Positions 44,870-51,538 of a stretch of DNA of 51,538 bases are shown here, in pieces. The notes beneath the pieces were generated by a model. That model saw nothing but the letters and a program-made list of their open reading frames with translations. It made no database searches and was not told the origin of the DNA. The first letter of the stretch is position 1. Each line of letters begins with the position of its first letter. A program made the position numbers and the translations under genes. The stretch covers positions 1-51,538 of IMG/VR virus record IMGVR_UViG_3300014613_000006, one strand, 5' to 3'. The stretch comes from a virus (lineage: Duplodnaviria; Caudoviricetes).

Positions 44870-45342
44870 ATAATTCCTCCCTCTGCCATGATCTCCTCGA
44901 TAGCCTGGCGCAACACGTCGTCATTCACCATGCGCCGGACGGTCTGCTGCTGGGCGATGTAGTCCGGTGGCGGCCCACCTACATCTTGCAGGGCCTGGGC
45001 CAGTCGCCCGTGCTCATCGGTGTCCTGGCCGAACAGCCACTCGCCGGCCGCATTGCCAGCCATCATACCTGGGTGGAATGCCGCAAAGCTCGCCGCATAA
45101 CCAGGTGCTGCCGCGGCTGTCCGAGCGATCGGCCCCGCCGCTTTGGCCAGCGTGGCCCCCATCGGCAGCCGAGACGCCGCACCTGTCAAAGCCTTTTGCA
45201 GGGCACCGGACGCGGCGGTTTTGGCGCCCGGACCAATCAGTCGCCCGAGCACCGAGGCAGCAGCCTTCTGGGAGGCCATGCCACCGCCGATGACAAGGCC
45301 CGTCCGTGCAAGCATGGCCAAGATTGAGAGAATCCAGGGCAT
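44866..45342 (-). CDS. Putative DNA-ejection protein
   Basis: Ala/Gly-rich amphipathic sequence with a hydrophobic N-terminus. Confidence 0.5.
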   Translation of the reverse strand: MPWILSILAMLARTGLVIGGGMASQKAAASVLGRLIGPGAKTAASGALQKALTGAASRLPMGATLAKAAGPIARTAAAAPGYAASFAAFHPGMMAGNAAGEWLFGQDTDEHGRLAQALQDVGGPPPDYIAQQQTVRRMVNDDVLRQAIEEIMAEGGII

Positions 45343-45343
45343 A

Positions 45344-46498
45344 TCAGTACGCCAGTCCCTCGTAAAACGGATCGAGGCTCGTGTCCGCGTCCGGTTCCAG
45401 AACCTCCACTGCCGGCTGTGACGTTGGTGCCTGATATGGTGACGGCGGGTTCAGTATGTCCAGGGCCTCGGTAGCCGAACGTCCCTCGGTGACGACCCGC
45501 TGGAGGGCCGGAGCCTTGTCCCGCAATTCACCCAACGCCTGGGTGAGTCGATCGGCCACGGCCATTCTCTCTTTGGCGGCCACCGTCGGCTTGAGCAGGT
45601 CTTCAGCCTTACCGCGAACCGACAACATCTTGTCGATCAACATCTGGCGGGCGCGTTCTTCCGGCGATGGCTCGTTAGCAAGCCAGCGAGCGCCTCCCCT
45701 AATAAGGGATTTGCCCGTGAGGTGCTCCAGAAGCCGGTATGGGCGGCCAGCGAAACTGAAGCCCGCCTCCGATATGGCCATTTGGAGCTTGTCTATGGCA
45801 GCCATCGCCTCCTGTACCGCAGCGTCTCGCGCCGGGCCTGGCTCCATTCTCTCAAGAGCCTCATAGCTGCTCTGCGTGGCCTTTTGTGCGTCGTCGATGA
45901 ACTTGTCTGTGTCGCCCGGCGTCATGGATGCCTTGGCCCGCATTGCCACTCGTCGGATTCCCGAAAGGGCCGGTACTATCTTCTCGAATCCCTCTGCCCT
46001 CTTGAGCGCCTGCGTCGCCTCGACCTTCTGGCCCTCAGACTCCGCCGCCTCCATGGCCCCGGTTCGGGCGGCTTCGTATGCCGTGTTCACCGTGCCGCGG
46101 GTGCGCTCCTCCTGCGAGGCTTTGAGCATCGCGTCCATCTGCCGCTCCAGCAGGCCGACGCGCCGCTTCTCGGGCTCCTGCGACAGCTTCAGTTGTTCGA
46201 TGGCGCTCTTGAGGCCCCCCTGGAACATCTCGCGTTGCAGCGATCGATCTTCCGCGCTACCGCCTTGCCGCATCCCCTCCAGTTCTAGGGACAGCTCGCG
46301 TTGCGACTTGTTGTTCATCTGGGCCATGAGGAACTGCAACAGGGCCAGCATCATCGGGTCGTTCTGTGAGTCGTCCAGGATGCGAGCCATCATGTACTGA
46401 CCCATGTCCGAGCCGCCGCCCCTGGCCGCCTGGCGCGCCGCGATGAAGTTCCCTGTTTGCAGGGGGGTCGATCGTGAACTGATTGGAACAAGGGGCAT
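45344..46498 (-). CDS. Putative DNA-ejection protein (coiled coil)
   Basis: AGGAGG RBS before MPLVPISS; helical, rich in Q/A/E/M. Confidence 0.55.
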   Translation of the reverse strand: MPLVPISSRSTPLQTGNFIAARQAARGGGSDMGQYMMARILDDSQNDPMMLALLQFLMAQMNNKSQRELSLELEGMRQGGSAEDRSLQREMFQGGLKSAIEQLKLSQEPEKRRVGLLERQMDAMLKASQEERTRGTVNTAYEAARTGAMEAAESEGQKVEATQALKRAEGFEKIVPALSGIRRVAMRAKASMTPGDTDKFIDDAQKATQSSYEALERMEPGPARDAAVQEAMAAIDKLQMAISEAGFSFAGRPYRLLEHLTGKSLIRGGARWLANEPSPEERARQMLIDKMLSVRGKAEDLLKPTVAAKERMAVADRLTQALGELRDKAPALQRVVTEGRSATEALDILNPPSPYQAPTSQPAVEVLEPDADTSLDPFYEGLAY

Positions 46499-46508
46499 GA
46501 TACGCCTC

Positions 46509-46967
46509 CTACGCGAACATTCCCGCGCCCGCACCAGGTACTGCCGACTCCCACGGATGGCCACTCAGTGAGCCACCGCCGAACAAATCAGGGATCGGCA
46601 CCGATAGCATCCCGCCAGACCGCTCGGCCCGTGTTTCCAGGGGCGTTACCGTCGTCGAGTTGCGGGGCGACGTCGATTGGGCCTTGAGCATCTTCAGCAT
46701 CTCGCCCATCATGGCGTTCTGCCCGCCGCCGCCAGCGTTGACGCCGAACCAGTTGTCCCCGCTCTGAACGCCAACCTTCGCCGTGCTGAGCAGCTTCATC
46801 CACGCGGGCAGATCCTGCATCCCTTCCATGCCCAGCATCGGATTGCTCGCCGTCGCCAGTTGGTCGATGGTGTCCCAGAAGCCTGAAGATGGCGAACCGG
46901 CGTTGTATGTACCGGCCGGCGCTGTTGCCATCTCCGGGCTGATTCGGGCGGCATCAAAAAGGCTCAT
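46509..46967 (-). CDS. Putative DNA-ejection protein
   Basis: Gly/Met/Ser-rich; ATGA-coupled. Confidence 0.5.
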   Translation of the reverse strand: MSLFDAARISPEMATAPAGTYNAGSPSSGFWDTIDQLATASNPMLGMEGMQDLPAWMKLLSTAKVGVQSGDNWFGVNAGGGGQNAMMGEMLKMLKAQSTSPRNSTTVTPLETRAERSGGMLSVPIPDLFGGGSLSGHPWESAVPGAGAGMFA

Positions 46968-48523
46968 GTCTCAACTCCTTTGCTGGTCTCGGCCGCTTGC
47001 TCGATCTCGTGCCACTTCTCCAGGCCCATCGCTCCGATCACCGAATCGACCTCGAATCCGTTCGCGATGTAGGCCACGTTTCCTTCCAGCATGACATCGC
47101 CGGCGGGCACGTAGGACACCTTGTGCAAGGCCATAACCCTGTCCGGTTCGCCGTTGACCTGGATGGCGTCGCCCGGCGACCAGTCCGAGAGCGGCTTGCC
47201 CTGCAAGCGGTGCTCGGGCGTGCCCACGATCACCGACCGCTCCGTGCGCAATTCGATCATGTCCGTCTGCTCGTGGCCCGGGGCGGTGCCGAAGTCGTGA
47301 GCCAGTACCTTGCGGAACTTGCCGTCCGCGGCCAGGATCTCGTCGCCGACCTTGACCAGCCCCAGCAGCTTCTTGCCGTTCCGCACCAGCACGATCGCCC
47401 GACCGTCGATGCAGGAGCTGCCGAAGCCCCCGCCCGTTCCGAGAATGCTGGCCGAGAAGTTACTGCCCGTCTTCGGTTCCTGGCTGAGCGCCGAATACTG
47501 CATCCAATTCTGGGTCGCATCGGAGAAGGGGCTCATCTGCAACATCGGGACCGACTGACCGGCCGTGATCCCGGCCGCCTGGAGCATCCGATTCAGGTCC
47601 ATCGTCTCGTATTGCGTCTCGACGCCCTTGGCCGCGAACTGGCGGGAGATCTCGTCGGTCAACGCTCCCCACATCTGGACCTTGTCCTGATCCGCGATGT
47701 TGGCCTCGTTCAGTAGGATGCTGGCCAGCGACTGAGCCGCCGTCATGATCTGGTTGGCCTGCGTCTCACCCAGCCGGGCGGTCAGTGACGCCTTGGTCGA
47801 GGCCAGTTGGGCGTTGATCCCTTCCGCCTGAGTCATTGCGGTGCTCTGGGCGCCTGCCTTGGCCACCCTCGCCTGGTTCATCATGTTCTCGGCCGCGGCC
47901 TCTTGCCCAGCTACCTCCCGCCCGCGAGCCTGCCCCTCGGACATCTGGATGGCCTCGTCGAGGTCCGCCGTCTCTTCCAGCGTCCCGCCGCGAGCGAGCG
48001 TCGAGGCCCGCCCACGAGCCAGGGCGGTGCTCAGACGGCCCTTCGACGCATCCTCGGTATTGAGGGCCTGCTCTTTCAGCCAGGCGTCGGTCTCCGGCAT
48101 TCCCGCGTCGTAGAAGCCCCCAATGCGATCCGAGAGCTGCCCCGGATCGACCCGCCCCTCGTCGATCTGTCCGCTTACCCGCTTGTTCAGGTCGTTGAAG
48201 TCGAAGCCGCGCCCCAGGGCCGTCTTGAATGCCTGGCTGGCCCCCACCGGCGTGCTGAACCAGTCCTGCAAGTCGATCGTGCCTGCCGAGCCTTCCGGCT
48301 GGTACGTGTAGCCTGGTGCCCTGACACCGGGCAGACCCATCTCGCGGGTCACGTCGGCCGTCGTCGGCACTCGTTCGCGATCGGCGTCCAGCCGGCCGAC
48401 GGCCTCCTGGGCCAGGCCATGGCTGCGCTCGTATGACCGCTCCGAGAGGAAGTAGTTGAGCAGTGCGTCCATGAAGGGGGACGCTAGGCTCGCCATTCCC
48501 ATCATGTTACCCATATCACGCAT
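46964..48523 (-). CDS. Ejection-type protein with C-terminal Hint domain
   Basis: GGGFGSS|CIDGRAIV...VKVGDEIL...GTPEHRL...YIANGFEVDS = Hint blocks A, B, F and G. Confidence 0.85.
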   Translation of the reverse strand: MRDMGNMMGMASLASPFMDALLNYFLSERSYERSHGLAQEAVGRLDADRERVPTTADVTREMGLPGVRAPGYTYQPEGSAGTIDLQDWFSTPVGASQAFKTALGRGFDFNDLNKRVSGQIDEGRVDPGQLSDRIGGFYDAGMPETDAWLKEQALNTEDASKGRLSTALARGRASTLARGGTLEETADLDEAIQMSEGQARGREVAGQEAAAENMMNQARVAKAGAQSTAMTQAEGINAQLASTKASLTARLGETQANQIMTAAQSLASILLNEANIADQDKVQMWGALTDEISRQFAAKGVETQYETMDLNRMLQAAGITAGQSVPMLQMSPFSDATQNWMQYSALSQEPKTGSNFSASILGTGGGFGSSCIDGRAIVLVRNGKKLLGLVKVGDEILAADGKFRKVLAHDFGTAPGHEQTDMIELRTERSVIVGTPEHRLQGKPLSDWSPGDAIQVNGEPDRVMALHKVSYVPAGDVMLEGNVAYIANGFEVDSVIGAMGLEKWHEIEQAAETSKGVET

Positions 48524-51500
48524 CCTCCGACGCGTCCGCTACCTCATCGCTGGAGTCGCGAACGCGCATCTGGACGGATTGCAGACGGAAGTCAGTTCGG
48601 GAATCGACGCACTCGATTTCGAGCGTCAGAGATGTGCCATCACCCACGATCGATGATACCCGGTCAACCGTTTGCAAGTCAACATCCTGATCCCCGAATA
48701 CCCGAATGTGCCCTTCCTCCTCGGCCGTCTCGTCCGGGATGACGTCACCGTGCTCGCGGTATAGCCGTGTGGCGATCGTGCCCTCAGGCGGGCTGGGCCA
48801 ATCGTCGTTTTCGTTGTTTCGTGGCCCCGGCAGAGCCACCACCTGGACCCCGTCCAGGGCCTTCACGCTGCTGCGCCGCTGGCCCAGGTAGGGGGCGAAC
48901 CGGATCAGGAAGTGGGGCGTGCCGATGATGAACTCGTCACCAATCGCCAGCCCCTCGACGTAATCGAAGATGAGCTTGCGGTGGTAGCTGTCGTCTTTCA
49001 GGAATCGCACCACCCCATCAACTGCGGCAGTGTCGGAGCGGAATCGAATCACATCCCCTGCCGTGTAGTCGCCGACTGGAAAAGTGTTCGCGTTGTCCGT
49101 GATCTCGTGGCGGATCACCCTGAGTATTACAAATGTGTCCCCCGCCTGTGGGGTGTTGGGTAGATCGCTGTCAAAATAGGCTGTGGCGCCACGATACCAA
49201 CTCAGCTTCCGGTACTCGTCAGTATTGGCGCCGCCAGTAATCCAGATGTATGCACCATCCCAGCTCTGATCAAACCACGAGGTCATGGCTCCGATGCCAG
49301 ATACCGTCATGGCGTAATCCGGCCCGACCTGCGAGCTGACCAGGATGTCGTCGTCGTCCTTGATGACCGCCAGTGTCGGGCCAGCGGACAGGACAATCGT
49401 GTCTTGGAGGCAACGGCCATCGTAGGGGTGCTCGATGCCGTAGTGGTTGACCAGGAACACGTGGCCGAGGCTGTCAACCGAATAGAGGGCCGCGGTCTGC
49501 CTGACGGGAACAACATACGCATCGACACTATTACCAACGTCGGCCCCGATTGATTTCCCGAGGAGTAGCACACTGGACGGCTTCTTTGGCCCCAGGCCCG
49601 CTATCAGATACTCTCCCGCCAGGGCCGCCGGGCTAGTGACCCGAAGCAGGTCGCCACGATTAAAGGTGTACCCGTGCCACGGGTCTGACTCTGTGACGCC
49701 AGTGTCATCCTTGATGACGGCGTGTTCGCCTTCGGCGTTGCCGGTGTCGTCGTAGTCACCACTGACGCACTCGTAATCGGAGCGTTCCGCACACGTCGTG
49801 CTCGCGTACCGAATCCCGTTGTCATCATCCAGCAGCGTCCAGAGATTCGTCGTCCAACAGAACTGGATCGCCTGATAGGTGTGCTCGTCCTCCTGTCGCC
49901 GCCAGCGGATGCACTTGTTGAGTATGTCAACGCCGGCATCGACCGGCCAGCCGTTGGCCTCCGCTTCCTCGAACCAGGCCGCCACGCGCCCCTCGGGGTC
50001 CAGGGAAGTGATCTGTGCCCGTCGGCCCTCATCGTCCGCATCTGGCGAAACGCGCATCACCAGTGGCCCCTGGCTCGTCGCCCAAAAGACCATGTCGGCG
50101 TGAACGGCGATGCTGTGCTCCCAGGGTGTGCCCTGGCCGTGCTCGCTGATGGCGTCCACTTCTACCGTGCCCGCCGTGGCATCGTAGCGCAGCAGGTGAA
50201 CCCCGTCGCGCATGATTGCCGCGACATAGTCACCGACCTCGGCCAAACCCATGAGCACGTCGCCGCGATTGGATAGCCTGATCGGCGACGCCAAGAATGA
50301 TTCCGGCGCGAACTTGTCTGCCCGGCTGTGGTAGATTTGCTCGTCTGACCTGATATACGGCCAGGGGACCGTGTAACTGCGACGGATGTACGCCTCGACG
50401 TTGGTAAGGTTTTCGCCCGGCCCCGGCGAGTCTAGTTCGATCGTCGTGTTGCTCACCCGGCTGGAGATGGCGTAGGTGCCGGTGACGTCTTCGTCCGATG
50501 CCGTGATCACCAGTTCGTCGCCAGCCGCGAAGATGTAGTAGTCCCACGTCTGGTCGGCCGCCGCTGCCAGTCGCAGCGTGGCGTGCGTATAGGTCGTGTC
50601 GGCGGGCCGCGTGTAGAAGTTGCGCGAGTAGACGGTCGGGTCGTTGCGGACTTCGCTGGCCGCCCCGGCGCAGATGGTCACACCTTGCAGGCTGGCCACC
50701 TTGCGGCACATCGGCGGGTGATGGCCTGACAGGGTGTCGGCCGTCAGCTTGATGGTTTGTGCCCCGAGTGACGCATCCGACATCCGGCAGGCCGACCCCA
50801 TGGCCGAGGGGCCGCGAGCGATGGACCGCGGGAACTTACTACCCGACGCCACGACGCGATGTTCCTGGCGGGCCGCGGCTACCTCAATCGACCGCTCAAG
50901 GTAGAACGTGCTCGCGTTAACCTTGGTCCGCCAGACCTCCAGGTGCGTCCACCGCTGGTGGAACGGGGGCGGCGTGTGGTGGCTGGCGGCCGCCGCGTTG
51001 TCGTGCAGAACAGTCTCTTCGACCTGAATCGAGTTCGTGGCCACCGCCGTCATATCGCGATCGTCGGCGTCCGTGCTGTCGTAGACGTTGACAAACCGCG
51101 ATTCGGCGTCGTCGTCGATGTTCACGCCCCGGATCTGGATCTTGTAGTCGCCGGCGGACAGACTGCCCGAGCCTCCGCCCGTTACCGTGCCCAGCCAGGA
51201 CTTGTTCCACAGCGTGTCGTCATCGCCGCTTGTTTCCGCGTTGTCGGGCTTCTTGGGGATGAGCAGACCAGCCAACGATGCGTCGTCCGAGACTTCACTG
51301 TCGCCCAGCGGTTCGTCACTCAACCGCACAATTCGCGTTGGCCAATCGGGGCTCACGAACATCAGCAGCCGCGTCGAGATTTGTGCGCAGTCCCACTCCG
51401 CGCCGAGGGCGTCATCCGTGCCCAGGTCAATGTAAAGCTGCCAGAGGCCGCCGTGCAACAGCCAGAACTTCCGACCGTTCGTTGCCCAGATGCCCCGCTT

Positions 51501-51538
51501 GTCGAACCGCTTCGGATACAGGATCGAAATCTTGGGCA
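48516..51538 (-). CDS. C-terminal part of tail tubular B / nozzle-like protein (starts at 646)
   Basis: Open to the window end; QIYHSRADKFAPESF and HGQGTPWEHSI...VFWATSQG resemble P22 gp10 / T7 gp12 beta-propeller motifs. Confidence 0.7.
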   Translation of the reverse strand, partial: PKISILYPKRFDKRGIWATNGRKFWLLHGGLWQLYIDLGTDDALGAEWDCAQISTRLLMFVSPDWPTRIVRLSDEPLGDSEVSDDASLAGLLIPKKPDNAETSGDDDTLWNKSWLGTVTGGGSGSLSAGDYKIQIRGVNIDDDAESRFVNVYDSTDADDRDMTAVATNSIQVEETVLHDNAAAASHHTPPPFHQRWTHLEVWRTKVNASTFYLERSIEVAAARQEHRVVASGSKFPRSIARGPSAMGSACRMSDASLGAQTIKLTADTLSGHHPPMCRKVASLQGVTICAGAASEVRNDPTVYSRNFYTRPADTTYTHATLRLAAAADQTWDYYIFAAGDELVITASDEDVTGTYAISSRVSNTTIELDSPGPGENLTNVEAYIRRSYTVPWPYIRSDEQIYHSRADKFAPESFLASPIRLSNRGDVLMGLAEVGDYVAAIMRDGVHLLRYDATAGTVEVDAISEHGQGTPWEHSIAVHADMVFWATSQGPLVMRVSPDADDEGRRAQITSLDPEGRVAAWFEEAEANGWPVDAGVDILNKCIRWRRQEDEHTYQAIQFCWTTNLWTLLDDDNGIRYASTTCAERSDYECVSGDYDDTGNAEGEHAVIKDDTGVTESDPWHGYTFNRGDLLRVTSPAALAGEYLIAGLGPKKPSSVLLLGKSIGADVGNSVDAYVVPVRQTAALYSVDSLGHVFLVNHYGIEHPYDGRCLQDTIVLSAGPTLAVIKDDDDILVSSQVGPDYAMTVSGIGAMTSWFDQSWDGAYIWITGGANTDEYRKLSWYRGATAYFDSDLPNTPQAGDTFVILRVIRHEITDNANTFPVGDYTAGDVIRFRSDTAAVDGVVRFLKDDSYHRKLIFDYVEGLAIGDEFIIGTPHFLIRFAPYLGQRRSSVKALDGVQVVALPGPRNNENDDWPSPPEGTIATRLYREHGDVIPDETAEEEGHIRVFGDQDVDLQTVDRVSSIVGDGTSLTLEIECVDSRTDFRLQSVQMRVRDSSDEVADASEDA
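51416..51538. repeat. Terminal direct repeat, copy 2
   Basis: Identical to bases 1-123. Confidence 0.97.

Noticed and set aside
47030-47413. Canonical splicing intein
   Set aside because: Lacks the terminal His-Asn, and the C-terminal extension is only about 25 aa.
51416-51538. Terminal repeat as a biological DTR or LTR
   Set aside because: It lies inside a coding sequence; assembly circularisation overlap is the simpler explanation.
37573-51538. Diversity-generating retroelement or retron
   Set aside because: No reverse transcriptase motif and no template/variable repeat pair seen.

Overview
The window is a complete, circularly closed temperate tailed-phage genome. A 123-bp direct repeat joins the ends (1-123 = 51416-51538), giving about 51,415 bp of unique, high-GC sequence. 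A long leftward late operon has podovirus-like (P22/T7-type) order: terminase, portal, scaffold, a GroES-like co-chaperonin, major capsid, decoration proteins, tail tubular A/B, DNA-ejection proteins (one with a C-terminal Hint domain), a CsrA-like protein, a signal-peptide beta-helix protein and a membrane/lipoprotein cluster with no recognisable endolysin. A rightward early operon of small genes separated by repeated linker motifs includes an FlgM-like anti-sigma segment and ends at an attP-like 3' half of tRNA-Asp and a tyrosine integrase. A leftward replication/recombination operon carries a putative annealing protein, an SbcC/SMC-like ATPase, a UvrD helicase, an initiator with iterons, a DnaC-like loader and a RuvC-like nuclease. 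Upstream of it lies a cluster of structured RNAs, including two tRNA mimics without a normal anticodon arm, each preceded by the same boxA-like motif. The divergent immunity switch is made of two ribbon-helix-helix-like genes, and the repressor-position gene is split by an intact IS21 element with a 6-bp target duplication. A perfect chromosomal-type parS site sits beside the late promoter although no parB is encoded. A Planctomycetota host is suggested, by inference only, from the FlgM-like motif and CsrA. All protein calls come from reading motifs by eye; no searches were run.
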